Source of the DNA: Heptranchias perlo
Taxonomy: Eukaryota
Reading direction: 5' to 3'
DNA: 64,000 nt
Assembly (NCBI RefSeq): GCF_035084215.1
Contig: NC_090328.1
Span: forward strand, 93,930,001 to 93,994,000
Positions 37,901-51,739 of this stretch are shown here, piece by piece (position 1 is the first letter of the stretch; each line of letters begins with the position of its first letter). The notes below the pieces were generated by a model. It made no database searches, was not told where the DNA came from, and saw nothing but the letters and a program-made list of their open reading frames with translations. The translations under genes and the position numbers were made by a program.

Positions 37901-40900
37901 AAAAGACTGCATCTTCAGATGATAATTTTTATATATAAATTATAATGTTCTTTGAAAAGAATTGTAGGTTCAGAGATGATAAATACACTCTGGAAATGTC
38001 TTGCCAGAGATTCTGACTAATGTCTGGAAACGCAATTAATGTTGTGGAAGAAATGTTTTCCCATTATTCCCCACACGACTTGGCATGCTGATGGGTAAAG
38101 AAATTGCCTCATTTCATCAGACTTCGCGATACCATCTCCAACATTCATCTCTTATGACTTAAACATTCACCTAGAATTGCTTCCAACCAACGTAATTGTT
38201 GATCTGTTGACAACTTTCATTGTATAAATTGCAGGGTTTTGTGAATGATTGGTTTTAACCCTAAACACTAATATGTTATTACCCTGTATTCGGTGATATG
38301 ATTTAACCTGTTTTTTTGACAAGCTGGCATTTTGATTGAAGCTAGTTTCTTTCTCCATGGCAACAGCTATTATTGTGATTATTATCATTATATTTTGTCT
38401 CACTAACTGGTTCATGCTTACTAAGGTTCAGTTTATAACTAATGGTTATCTGATTAATTGTGAAGATTTTGTTCATAATTATTCATTATATTTATATATA
38501 TGTATTCCCAATAAAGATTTAATAGGTCTCATCCAAGCTTATAATTTTTTTCATTAATATAGGCTATAAATTCCACTAATTGCTTCTGTAAATATTTTTA
38601 AGTTCTTTTCTTGAAGTTTATTTTTTTAAAAGCTGCATGGACCTTATTTCATTGAAGTTACTTTATAAGAAACTAAACCTAGCTAGGTGGAAAGAAGTTC
38701 TCCTAATACCAAATGCACTATTCCGATTCAGTGATGAATAAACCTCGTCCCAGGTGTTGATATCTCAAGATTGTCTGTATGGGATTAATATGGTTTTCCT
38801 TTTCTGCTACTAGATAGGGATAATTACCCAGGCTGACTCTCTAGAGAATAATGATTCCCTTTCAGCTGTTTTCAATTTGTTCCATTTTTTTCCTATCCTT
38901 TCACATCGTAATCCTGTCCGTAATCTCTGCCAATATCGTTCAGTAGTAACCTGGTAAAAGGTAGTGCTGAAGTAAAATACTTGCAGATTTTGCTCCCTTC
39001 CCATCAGTTATACACAATTGTCGCTGTTCAATGCTGGGTCTGATGACTCACCAGACATTGGCAATCATTACTGATTGGAAGCATGAATGCAAATGTTAGG
39101 TGATGCTGGGATTACAACCTTTGTTTCCCAGTCTGTCCTGTCTGCTCTTTCTTTTTTGTGTTAAGTGACATAATGATATGTGGTCAGGGACAACAATAAC
39201 AAGGAACTAGGACAGATGTCTCTAAGATCTGACAGTATAGGTTATTAGGGCCATGCAGAGAGTTGGAGAAATTGCACTAGGGTACTAACAGACCATAAAT
39301 TTTCTATAGCTAGATGAATACTTCAGTAACACTGATTCAGCAAGTGTTAGTTAATTCTGTATCTGAATTTCTGAATACAGGGGGCAGAATTCTAGGCTAC
39401 AACACTACCTGGGGGAAAGTTCAACAAACAGGGGAAGCAGTCAGACCTCACTGCTCACGTTCTGTGCAGACTTTCTGGGTTAACACAGGATGCTGAGGTG
39501 CAGTTACTACAGCTTTTGTGTTTCTGGCATAAACATGGAATCTGGGTTAAATGTTGACAGTTCTTGTGATGCTAATCTTGTAGACAACATACTGGCACAA
39601 TCTGTCTAATGTTGTACAGGAAGGACTCACTAATTTACGGTCCATTTATACTGCAGCTACCAGTCTAAGACTGGTAGTAGATGCAGGATCCATTCCAGCC
39701 AGGTAGCACCTGTTTATACTGCTTGGTGCTCACTGCACAGGACACATGCTTACATGCAAATGCTGAGATTCTCTTCCAGTAGTTAAAATTGAAATGTTTA
39801 GAGTGCAGACACTCGCGCCTGCACTCTCTAAATATTTAAACAAATCTGGGTAAATTTAAAAAGTGCTCAGGAAGTTCAAGGAACTCCCTGAACACTGTTT
39901 GTTTAAACCAGGTTTGATGCTCCATGTGGTGTCAAACATATTGCGTTATGGGAAAATGATTTGTACTTCCCAACAATAAATGTGACATTTAGAAAAGTAG
40001 AATTTCATAATTTTGGGACCTATGATTCCAATCCTACTCTATTTAAATTATGCAAGAAGGAGATCTTAGACACAGAAACATGTATTGTGACTGAAGAATA
40101 ATCTTGTTTAGTTAAGCAGATCTTGGACAGGATCAGCTGTAATGATCCCTGCTATAACTCGCAATGTCACGCTGGCACAACATGACTAATGCCTGTGTCA
40201 GACAAAGCACACTTCAACTTTTTATTTAAAAATGTATTTGCCAGGGTCGGCCTATGTGTGGTAATGTTACTGGATACTGACCACATATCGCAGTTGCACA
40301 TCACACATATTACCATTGGCAGCAATGCAATAATTACTACAACTCTGCCTTTGATTTGGAGATGCTAATGATATGTTATGTAAGTCTATTTGAGGTAAGA
40401 TTTAGTGCCTCCCTCTTATGCTATTACTTTCAAACAAGTACCTCATAATTGTTCTGCTAAACCTCAGTCGTGCAACTATAGGACTTGACTTTCCTTCACA
40501 AAGATGCAGCATCTGATGCATTTTAGGGAATTTATGCAAGATCAGATATTTATAAACTATGGTCTTCAAATTTCACTGTGCGAATATTAGACACTGCGAA
40601 TATTAACATCTGAACACCCAATACTTTTGTATGAAATTGCTCATTTCCATAGTTTCAGAGAGGTTAACCCATTTAAATAAAGTTAATAAATAGAATATAT
40701 AATGATTACATGGTAAAAGAGTAAGAAATGAGTTAACTTCACTAATTTAAATTCGCTACCCATTTAAATAAATGGTTTGGTGGCTCCATTAAAATAGCAA
40801 TCCACAAAATTTTGTATGAATGTTAATCCTTGCTCAGCATAATTTCAGTGTATTTGACAACTAACATTAGATCTTATTTGCTGAACAGAAAATTAATGTT

Positions 40901-41806
40901 TTAGTATAACTTAAAATTGCACGGTACACATAAACTTTTAACTAATTGGTATAAAGGAAACTAATGTCTACTTGTTTATCTTAAAGAAATCAGGACTGAG
41001 ACGATAAGCAAATACCACATGTGGCAGGACACGCAGAAGTTAAAGAGCTGGACGTAATCTTTTTTTTAAAAAAAACATGTAATTTGAATAATCACTGGTT
41101 GTCCTGCATGAAGAAAAAGGAGTTGGGCTTAGAAGTGATGAAAAATACTTTCCCATCTGTGGTGGGGTAACATGGGGCGATGAGGGTACCTGGGGAGAAC
41201 AGGCCCCATCCAGGACAGGGAAGAGCATCTTTCTTTGTCTCCCCACACTCCCCTCCCCATTCACCAATTTTTTAGGAAAGAGATCAAAGGGGTATAATTG
41301 GAATTACACTGAAATATTTGCACAATGCTTTGTGACAGTGGTATTATACATGTTGGACTGGATATCAGCCTGTGTTTAAAACTGTTTTGTTTCTTGTAGT
41401 TTGAATTTAATCTGGAAAAATATCAAGAGCGTTTCTCAAAAGAAAATATTCAAAGAAATAGAATGAATGATTTTTACACAGCAAAAAAGCAGTAAATGAG
41501 TTAACGTCACTAATTTACAGATATCACTAATATTCTAGATTGCCTGATAGAGGTATAACTTGATGAATTAGATTCATTCACTGGAACCTCCACAAGGTCA
41601 GTCTCCGAATGAAATGACTCTGGAAGCTGGTGTCTGGTTGCAAAGCAGTGCAGTCAGCAGATTACCGACAGAGCCAACCAGCTCGGCTAACTATTCCCAC
41701 TCTACTTTCATACTTTGATGCAAGGATGTAGTGTCGTAGTACAGTGGCATCTGTAACACCTGCTGTGCACTGATTCCTCAAAGCAATTCCTATCTCTTGT
41801 AGGCTT

Positions 41807-41844
41807 TGTGTGTGTGTGTGTCTGTGTGTGTGTGTGTGTGTGTG
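41807..41844. repeat. (TG)n microsatellite
   Basis: Seen directly; one TC interruption. Confidence 0.95.
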
Positions 41845-44439
41845 GCGGGCAGAGTGGGGAGGTGTTGAAGAGAGAATCCCTGATGCCTGTGGCTGATTTC
41901 TCCGTTTATTGTAGATAGCTCCTTGGACGACATCAGCCTTATGTAATCTGGTCCTGTGGAGGAAAGTGAAATTATACAGTTCACTGCCCTCTGAGAAGGA
42001 TATCTTTTTATAGACATTTACATATGAGGTTGCCTCAAAAATGTTCAGGAAATAGAGGATAGTGACCATTCTACATGTAACAACATATAAAGTGTTATTG
42101 GCATTGATAGCAAGTCAGTATACATTCCATGTGATTTATATGTGGTAAAGAACTTAATCTAATGTCTAAAGAAAACCTTACCAGAATCTGAGTACTACAC
42201 GGATTTGATCTTCATCTCTCTCATATGTGTTAAAATTTCATGCTAATCTGTTCAACTGCTTTGTTCATGGGTGCATTCTTAGCCTTATGGACTATTTTTA
42301 GCCTTACTGAGTTGGATTAATAAAATTAAACATTTTTCTTATTTTGGACTGCATTAATTGAACCATTTTGATGCATAGAAATTGCCGCATTTTGTGATAG
42401 TGTCTAAAATTATCATCACACCTGGCCAGATTTTACTACTTGTGTTCTATTGGCCATACTCGTTAACGAAGATCAAATGGTTTATGGTTATTAGATTGGT
42501 AAATTTGTATCATTTCACCCATTTTACCATTAAATGATTAACTTGCCATTGGCAGTAAATTATCATACAGGAATGCAGAAAATATAGATCTTAGGGCTCA
42601 TCGATAAAACATGCTTATCTTGTGCACATTTATCACTAAAATGCCTTACAATGCACAGGACAATTCTCCCCAGTCTGTGTCAATTTTGCTTACTTTTGTT
42701 GGGTTGCATTGTATGATGTAATCAAACACACAAACTAAGCTGCTCTTCATAAATTCACTATTAAGGGGCAATTGAAAGAAAAGGCTCGAGTTGTGTTCTT
42801 GTTTGTAGCAGATTTGTTGAACATTGTGAATGAGGACACTGAAGAATATGTTGGCTCATTGGGCCCGGTTTCTAGAATACTTGCACCACCAAATTGTTAT
42901 TAAAGAGCAGTTTGCACCAGCATCAAATTGTTCTGACAATTCTACAAAGTGTATTAGAGAAAGTATTCTGATGTCAATTTATTTGCTTTATAGCGGATGA
43001 GGGCTCTTTCTTGGTCCGGTTTTTCTTGTATATCTTGGGCAAGAAATCATTAGGGAGATGAAGAATTGTTTAAGAAGTGAGAAAATTGAATTTTAACTGA
43101 AGAAAATGTTGCAGATTCTACAATAATTATGTAAGAATTCTGAGGAACATTACAAGTTTTATTGATAGTCATGTTACTTGACCAGTGCTGTTTGAGGGCA
43201 AGGTTCACCATTGTTTTCTATAATTGGTGGAACATGGACACTTGATAACAGTCCATTGTTAATTCAATACTAAGAGTTCCCCTTTGGGATGGTTTGATTC
43301 TTGCCAAATTATATATCTTACCTTGATATTGTGTTGAATGTGTTCTCTTGATGCAGCCAAGTATTGCACAAGGGACATTGGTCAGGTGCTAAATTATGCC
43401 GTTGTAAAAACTGCTCGTAAACACAGAAACCAGTTGTGTAACAATTGCACAAACAAACGGGAAGCCTGTGTGCGCTTGCGTACTTTTCTCGTAGGATGCC
43501 AGCTGTTTCAAAGATTGGCCTCAGTATGCCATGTACTCTGATTTGTTCCGTGCAAACAAGGAGTATTTATTTTGTGGTAAACACTACCATACAGCACCTG
43601 CTAGCACTGATGACCTAAAACACACTTGCAGCAAGAGAGTGTAATCCTTGCTAATCATTTCTTTATTCTGTAGATTAAACCTAAGGAAAGCATTTCAGCT
43701 TTCAGTCAGCTAATTTTGCTGTCACCAATGAATAAGATGTAAAGAGATAGATTGACTTGAAACTTGAATCAATCAGATGTGCCAGGCCATTCCATGTAGA
43801 AGGGTACTTGTCACAAATAAGACCAGTGAAAGCAACATTGATTAATGAATTTCTGTCAACAATTATTTTAGGTCCATTCAAATATGTAATAGGGATTTTC
43901 AATCAGGATTTCAAAATGTACTGTATGTATATAATGTTTGATGCTTTGTCTAAAATTGTGCAGGGAGAAACAGATCTTTCATTTAATAGTCAATCAAGAA
44001 GCTGTTCCATTACACAAAAACATGGAAAGAATGGCATCATTCAGAGAAAGGGGTTTAGAATAAATAGTTCCATTGTGAAGCTAATAACAGGCAGGACTTT
44101 CTCCCATGTTAAACATTTATGATTTTAAGTCTTTCCAAAATAGTTTTTTAAAATCTAAAGTATGCAATATTTTAATCACTTTTTTGTCATAGTCAGCAAA
44201 GCATTTGTACCTTTCCCCATTTCCCCACCCCCCCCAATTTATTTTTCAAATCAGACTACAAACAAATAATAAGCAGCTTTGTGGTGCAACACCAGAGACC
44301 TTGCTAATCAACAGCAGCTCACAGCTCATGTTTTTTTTGCAACATGGCTTGCAAATTATTGCATATTTCATAATGATCACAAAACAACTTTTGCAGAATC
44401 CTGGGATTACATTGTCTTTTGAATGAGCTACGTAAAATG

Positions 44440-44680
44440 CGTAAGTAGACGGATCAGTGGCGGAGGAAATTTAATATGGACCAGTGTAAAGTATTACACA
44501 TAGGAAGAAAAACAGGCAACATATGTACTCAATGAATTATATCAATTTAGCTAAGAATGAAGTTGAAAGAGATCTAGGTTCCATAGTAGACTTGGCACTT
44601 AACACATCCAGTCAGTGTGAAGCAGCAAACAATAAATGAAATAAAATGCTGATCTATACAACCAAAACAGCAACTTGTAA
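44440..44680 (+). mobile_element. Ancient CR1 ORF2 fragment
   Basis: Reads DQWRRKFNMDQCKVLHIGRK...ERDLGSIVD. Confidence 0.65.
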
Positions 44681-44739
44681 AGGAAAGTAACTAGATTATG
44701 AAAACTCCTGTTATTATCTTAAAGTTGCATAGCCATTTA

Positions 44740-45010
44740 CAGTCCTCTGGTACCTTACCTAAGTGGCCATTCTTCACATGTGAGTCCAGACAGCAAGTGT
44801 TGGCAACAGTTTGGCATAGGAGGCAATATAACTGACCTCACGTGACATCCACACACACATTCCAACGAGAACAGGGGTGGCCACTGGACAATGATCAGAA
44901 GCAGCAACTCTTCCTGGCCCAGGAACACTGTCGCATCCCTACCACAGCCCTAGGTAACATCAGCCAACTATAGACTATCCGTGGTTTGTATTGCTCAGTG
45001 CTACTGAATC
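44740..45010 (-). mobile_element. Old SINE, related to 56960-57250
   Basis: Shares the body aagtggc..ttc..tgtga..cagac/ta...g(t/a)ttggca...cactgga with 56960-57250. Confidence 0.5.
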
Positions 45011-46761
45011 AGCAGAATTAAACCATGTTTCTTGCCTTTTTCTTATTTATCACTATGTTTAAAAGTACAACACAGAAATCTTTTAATGGAAGTTTAATTC
45101 TCTTACTGTATTCTCATATATTTGCTCTTGAGTAGTAGCAAAACAATACAAAAACAACCAAGAATATATGTATTTTTCAGCTGTAGAATTGCTATGGGGT
45201 ATAATATTTGGAGGAATTCCATTTCCATTAAAACCACAGTTTGCAGAAATTAAACTAATATGCGGTTAACATAGACATAGACTGTTGTTGCAGGCTTTGA
45301 AAAGGTATTGATGGAATAACCATAAAGGGTGCATATGGACACTGGTACTCCTACCTCAATCCTATTACATTCTGTAATCAGTATTCTAGTACACAGAGTA
45401 ATATCAAGAGCTGGTGAGGTTTTGGGAAAATAGAGATTAGATTTCCATAAGATCAATATCTATTATCCTCAGCTTGTTATTTATAGACTAATTCAGTTAG
45501 AAGTGACTTGTTGTACAACAGTATATGTTTTTAGATGAGCTGGATGAAGCTGCTTTTTAAGTTTAAATTCAATAAAGGTATGGTATAGAATTGGTGTTTA
45601 TGCATTTGTGTAACATTAAAGGTGAGATGAAGGGGACCTGAATTGTACGAAGATATTGGCTTGGAAGTATAATAAGATTATGTAGATTCACCACATCATT
45701 TCTAGGAGCACCTGATGAGATTTTTTTAATATAAATTGCTGCTTATGGACAGAGGCAGTAGTGCAGTCAGATGGTTGGCAAGAAGGCAGCAGTGAGTGAA
45801 AACCCCAGGTCTAGCTGTGATGTGACCTGTCAGTCAAGATATGCAGCACAGGATGGTGCATAAACCATCTGCCGTTGAGTGAACTGAAGGATGCAGAGGA
45901 AGAAAGTACAGCATTATGCCACTAGCACCAGCTCTTTTTTCAGCTTTTAATAAAGAAATATCAGTAAATAAATAAGTGATAACTCACCAGTAACAGTGAA
46001 TTGTGGCAGTTCCTATGAGTGTGAAATATTTATAACTCATTAGCGTCTCAGGTGCAAGTGAAATATAATTGTCTTTTGCATGAGAGGAGATGTTTCAAAG
46101 GCATCATCACTGGTGAGAAATTTTTGTCTATTCAGTGCATGTGTGGCACTTGGTAAGAACACCGAGCACTGCCCTCTTCCTCTAATTCTGAAAGATTTTT
46201 TTTTCTTCACTGGTGCTCCCTAGTCATAAACTATTACATTTACTGAGAGTGTGGGTAGACTACCTATTCCCAGGACTCTGCTATTGCTACTCGGTATCTA
46301 GCAGCTAGAATGTATTCAGAGGTAATATAGGGTGACTCCAACTCCAGATTTCTCTCCTCCTTCCATCTGGGGAGATGCCCTCCTCTGCTCAGGAGCTGCT
46401 TCAAACCATCCTGCTGAAACAGGGCAACTAGGGAAGGCAACAAATGTTGCCTTGCCAGTGTCGCTAACATCCCATAAAACAATTTTTTTTAAATTAGGAC
46501 CTCTGTGTGAGGAATTTCAGGATGAACCCACAGCTCTTTGGTGCAACATGTTAGTGCACTAACCACTACTGGACCATCCTATAGAAACATTCTCAATTGA
46601 CGTTTGCACACTGTGCGGTCGTGCCAGCAATGAGTAATATTTCGCAAGCACGACTTACCATCTTTAATTCTTGCACATGTGCAATTCTGAATCTATTGGC
46701 AGTTGAATTACCAAACACAATTACAGAATAATGCCATTTATAAAAATGTAAGAACAAGAAG

Positions 46762-46872
46762 TCATCCAGCCCATCTGAGAAGCTTTCTCATCCAGCCCAT
46801 CTGAGAAGCTGTCTCATCCAGCCCATCTGAGAAGCTTTCTCATCCAGCCCATCTGAGAAGCTTTCTCATCCA
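46762..46872. repeat. 26-bp minisatellite x4.3 within an old CR1-like 3' end
   Basis: Unit tcatccagcccatctgagaagctttc; one substitution in unit 2. Confidence 0.95.
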
Positions 46873-49516
46873 AGTCCTGTTTCAAGATCCAATCTAATCT
46901 TTATTTCTGTAAAAATGTACTGAATCGGTAATTGATCCAGTTCACTTTAGAATGTTTTAATGGAATCAATATTAACTACACTAGATAGAAGGCTATTACA
47001 TAAGTATAGTCTGCTGTATGAGTAAAGAAGGCTAAGCATGAAATAATTATTCCTTATGCTAAATTTAGCTCATGACTTTCTCGGTTTACAATCCTGTCCT
47101 CTGGTTCTTCTATCATGATTTTGCACAAAGTACTTCTCTAAATCTGTCTTATTGATTCCCTTCATTATTTAAAGATATTGGGGGCAGGGTGGGTTAAACA
47201 CGGGCCTTTCAAATCTAGGATGAAAGCTTCCTCTATCTGCTGGATGTAAGTGATCATATATGAAATGAGTTGGTGCAAACTCGGCCCAGTTACTAATAAG
47301 AGTACGGCACCAAATTATCAAACTCACTCAGAGAGGCCACGATGGCTAGTGAGTAAAATGGGAAAATGTCATTTGTGGGCAGTAAGGGCTGTTCTTCTGA
47401 GGTTAGGATTGAGGCATAGTTTTATTCTGCATCTAATTATGCTATAGCTAACCTGAGAGTGGTTACTGCTGATGGTGGGTCCCCAAAATTGCAAGTGCTA
47501 CATTTCCTAGCATTAACATTCTGCACCTTAATAAGCACACACATTCATACAAAATGTCATTGAAAAGAATAGAATCATATCCCCTTTAATCTTGTAATGA
47601 GAATGTCATTATATAATGAAAGCAATGATTAGGCTGTATGAATACCACACACTGCATAACACATTTCCATGAACTATTTTTAACCAGCCCCATTATTTAA
47701 ATGAGCTTGAGGTTACTCTTCCCCACTATCTGTTTCATCCACTACATTCTTCTGCGTTGCTATCTCAATCTTTCAGTTGTAATAGATTTCTCCTTTTTCC
47801 CTCTTCCTCATCTCCATTTCTCTGATTTGGCTCCAAAATTCTTTGACTTGGAAGGGCACTGGTGGAGCTTAAGCAAAGTGGGGTGGGGGTGGGGGTGGGG
47901 TGGACATCAGAATATAATGATGCATTGAGCATGTGTGAAACTATTAGTGCACTTGTACTTTTGGGTCAGATTTCAGTCTCTGTGAAAGCATCCAGCCAAA
48001 CGTGATTTTTTTTCCCCCTGTTCTTGGCTATGCATCCTACAAAAGCTGTAATTTTGCCACTTAAAAGGGTCATACCGATTAATTCAACCATACTCTATGG
48101 ATATCAATCGAAATCTACTAATGTTGACTGTTTGGCCCCTCCACAAGCTGTACAGTTGATTGTGTGGCCCAATAACAAAATGGATTCAGGCAAAGGAAAT
48201 ATGACATTTTAACCTCAAATGAGTGCAAATATCTGAAAGACAACTTGCCCAGGGATAGATGCAGTTTTACTGCCTTCTCACACTCTGCATGTAAAATCAA
48301 GGAAAGGGCACAAAGAGATGTATTATGAACGATAATTCAGTCCTGGTGAGATCTGGATTAATGCTTCCACTGGAGTGAAATTGCTGCAGCTCTTTGCTTT
48401 AGCTGTGGAAGATGAGAAAAGTAAATGAGAAACGAAAGAACTGAATAAAGAGAGGGAAATTAGAGATGACAGCAGTATCTCATGAAATGAAAGGACTGTC
48501 ACAGCATGCAGGTAAAAAAATGAATGATAGTATTGTTAAGAAAAGTGAATTTACAATGAAACTAATATAGAAAGGCTAGTTTAACTTCCAGTACAATTGA
48601 AATTCTGCTTGTATTTAACATCGTCTTGTTTCACAATGTAATACAGTCTATTTGATTCAAATTCAAATATTATGTTTTGATTACTAATCACAGAGGTTCC
48701 ACTCATAATGCAGCTGGTAAAAGGAACTAATTGGTATGTTTGGACCACTAACTGCAGTAAATATAAAATAATGGACATTTGGAGTGAGTTATGAAACTGA
48801 AACCTGATTGAAAGATTCCTAAGACATGCATATAGTTTGCAAAGTCACTGGAACTCTGAGATTTGATTCATTCTTAACTTACTCATTTTACCTTTACGTA
48901 TTCGGACAAGTTTCACGCCTTTGTGCTGTGGTGCAGAGCTACATTCGTTGGATGAGCACAGAGGTCAGCAAACCATGCCAGGATTTTATGCCCTTTCATT
49001 TTAATGGATGTAAAATCCTGCAGTGCCAACTGACCTACTCAGATCTGAGTCTGAACTGAATTCTCAAAAAGCACTGCCAGCACATGAAGCTCTGTACCTG
49101 GATGGAAGGTCCTGTTGTGTGCGGTGACCTTCGGGCTCGAATTTGTAAGTTCTACCATAAGGTATCCACTTTTTTTGTATTTTCTTTCTCACCTGCTCCT
49201 TACGTCTCCGAAACCTAACAAGCAATTCCCTGACTAAGAGGGTAACAAGGTACCCTGCTGCCCGCAGATATCTGGGGCTCAATTTTAAAAGGGCGGTGGG
49301 ATGACAGCGGGGGAGTCAATGTGCATGCGACAAACCCGACTAATAAAAACTTACCATTCCCCACGCAATCGAGACTTAATTGGTGGCCATTAATTTGGTT
49401 TCCATGTTTGCCGACCGAAAGCTGTGCAGTGGGTGGACTGAGCACTCGCGTGACAGGCTGTCAGCTGGAGCGTCTGCTCCAATGGATTTTGCTGGAGCAA
49501 AGACCAAGAAGACCCA

Positions 49517-51455
49517 ATGGGGCACAGGGGCAAGGCTGCTCCAAGATTCAGCGATGCCTCACTTCAGCTGCTTCTGGCCAGGGTGAGGAGGAGGAGGAGG
49601 GAACTATTTTACCCGGCCGACAGGCGGAAGTGCCCTGCCTCCGCCACCAAGAAGGCCTGGCTTGAGGTGGCAGAGGAGGTCACCAGCAGCAGCAACATAT
49701 CCTGCACTTGGGTCCAGTGCAGGAAGCGTTTCAATGACCTAACTGGGTCAGCAAAAGTAAGTACACTGACTGATTCTCCTGCATCCCGTGGTGCATATCA
49801 ACCTTCCCCCTCCCCCTCACATTCTGCACTGCCAAGCCTACTCCATCACATCACTCTTCACACCCATTTAAGGCTCATCCTCAACTTACCTTCATTTCCT
49901 GAGCACTACCTCACCTCCCCATTTGTGACCCCACCACTACCACTCACCCCAGTCCTGATCCAATGTGATGACTCTGTTTCATACTCACCCTCTGATGCAC
50001 CTCTTTCACGGTCAGCCTCACCCAAAGCAATGCATTCATCGGTTGGCCACTTCGCCATCACTCACTCACACGTCTGTACTTTCTCCCCTTCTCGGAGAAG
50101 AGAGCACAAAATGCACTTGAGAGGGTGAGGACTGGAGGGGGGGCCACAACAAATAATGGTCCTCACAAATGCAGAGGAGGAGGCCCTGGAGATCAGCCGC
50201 ACCCTCGAGTGCCTGTCCATCGGGGATGCCGAGACTGGCACCCCACAAACGTCTGGTGACACAACATTAACATTCACCACGCACAACATGAATTGATGTT
50301 AACAATGATTGGCATGTTGAACACCTCAGTATGCTCATCGCAACGTGACACATCTGTGATGATGCTTAATATTGCCCTCTGTTCTTTTACAGGCCCTTCA
50401 ACAACCGCAGTGACGGCAGAGGGCGATTCCTCAGAGGAGCTCCCGGCCTCTGAGGGCGCACCGTCACATCTTAGCGAGCCATCCACCAGCGCAGATACTC
50501 ACACCTCGGTGGGTCCTAATAGTGAGTCAGTTGGGTTGGCACCTGGTGAGTCACCAAACACAAGTTAGCACAAGCAGATGCTGCTGGCACGGACAGCTGT
50601 GGAGAGTCTGCATCGGTGGGCACACTGTTCTCCGGACTCTGCTTAGCTGGACGCAGATGCTGAACCCCTGGGGCCATCCTTTAAAAGGAGAATGATCGAG
50701 GGAAGCAGCACATTTGCAAGGAACTGGAACAGATGCCACGCACACTCTCCACAATAGCGGAGAGGATGGAGGAGTCCAACTCCTGCATTAGTGGAATGAT
50801 GGCACAGGTACAGGAGGAAATCTCTGAGATAGTGTTGCACGTAACTGCTGAAATGTCTGAGAAGATGTCGCAGGTAACTGTGGAAATGTCTGAGATAGTG
50901 TCGCAAGTAAGTGCGCGAATGTCTGCGATGGAGAGAAAGCTAGCCTTCGTTGAGCTTCAAGCACGGCTCACAAATGAGTCCATTCAGGCCTGGAAAACGA
51001 CCATTCGGACTCACGGTGAACAACATTCTGCCGCCTTAAACAGGCAGACAGAAGCTTTACAACTGGGCTTCCAAGGCATCACACATGTCCTCCAAACTGT
51101 TGTCCAGCAGGGTGGTAGGAGTGATGTGGGCCTCGTCCAGGAGAGGGATGATGGCAAAAGGGAACATGGAAGTGCTGATGTCACTCAAAGCGCTCCCATG
51201 TCTCACCCGTTGCCCCCCTCTCAACCAGTACCCGCAATGCTGCCTCCTCTCCAGGTGGCCGAGTCTGTCCCTGCACAAGTGGAGGTGGAGCAGTGTTTGG
51301 CAGGGCCCTCATGGGCTCCGTAACCCAGAGGGCCTAGGCCAAAAGCATCTAAGCAGTCCGGCCATGGACATGAGCAACCTGCCACTACCTCTGCTGCAGC
51401 CACAGGGGATGCACCACATAGAAGTGGTAGGAAGACAACAGCTAAGGATTTGTGA
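49517..51455 (+). pseudogene. Harbinger Myb/SANT protein gene, exons about 49517-49756, 50095-50255 and 50393-51455
   Basis: Reads MGHRGKAAPRFSDASLQLLL...KKAWLEVAEEV...QCRKRFNDL then |GTAAGT; exon 3 acceptor ttcttttacag|. In-frame stops at 50566, 50644 and 51321. Confidence 0.9.
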
Positions 51456-51739
51456 TCACGAAGGGTATGCACAAGGGTGTCTGACAGACTGTCCTGTTTT
51501 TCATTTATATTTGGTTTCTGTTAAAGTCACATTAAATGTTATCATTCTTACCACTACTGCCACATCTTGCCCATTCTTGACTGGCTTTTGTACTGATGCC
51601 CTTTCATGTGCTTCACCATGAACGTTGACACTTGATGCCACCCAGTGGGTCACTTTACAATGGGTGTATGTGTAGTTGCAGGACTGTTTGGTGTTTCTCC
51701 TGATCCTGCTCCTCCTCAATGTGGATGTCAGATGTGGAT

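Noticed and set aside
41662-42069. 135-aa ORF with an HT repeat
   Set aside because: The repeat is the translated (CA)n microsatellite; no domain or splice support.
46762-46872. CRISPR-like array
   Set aside because: Head-to-tail 26-bp units without spacers in eukaryotic DNA; this is a minisatellite.
10239-49274. Giant composite transposon or inversion bounded by the two Harbingers
   Set aside because: Each copy has its own pair of TIRs and locally matching 3-bp flanks, indicating independent insertions.
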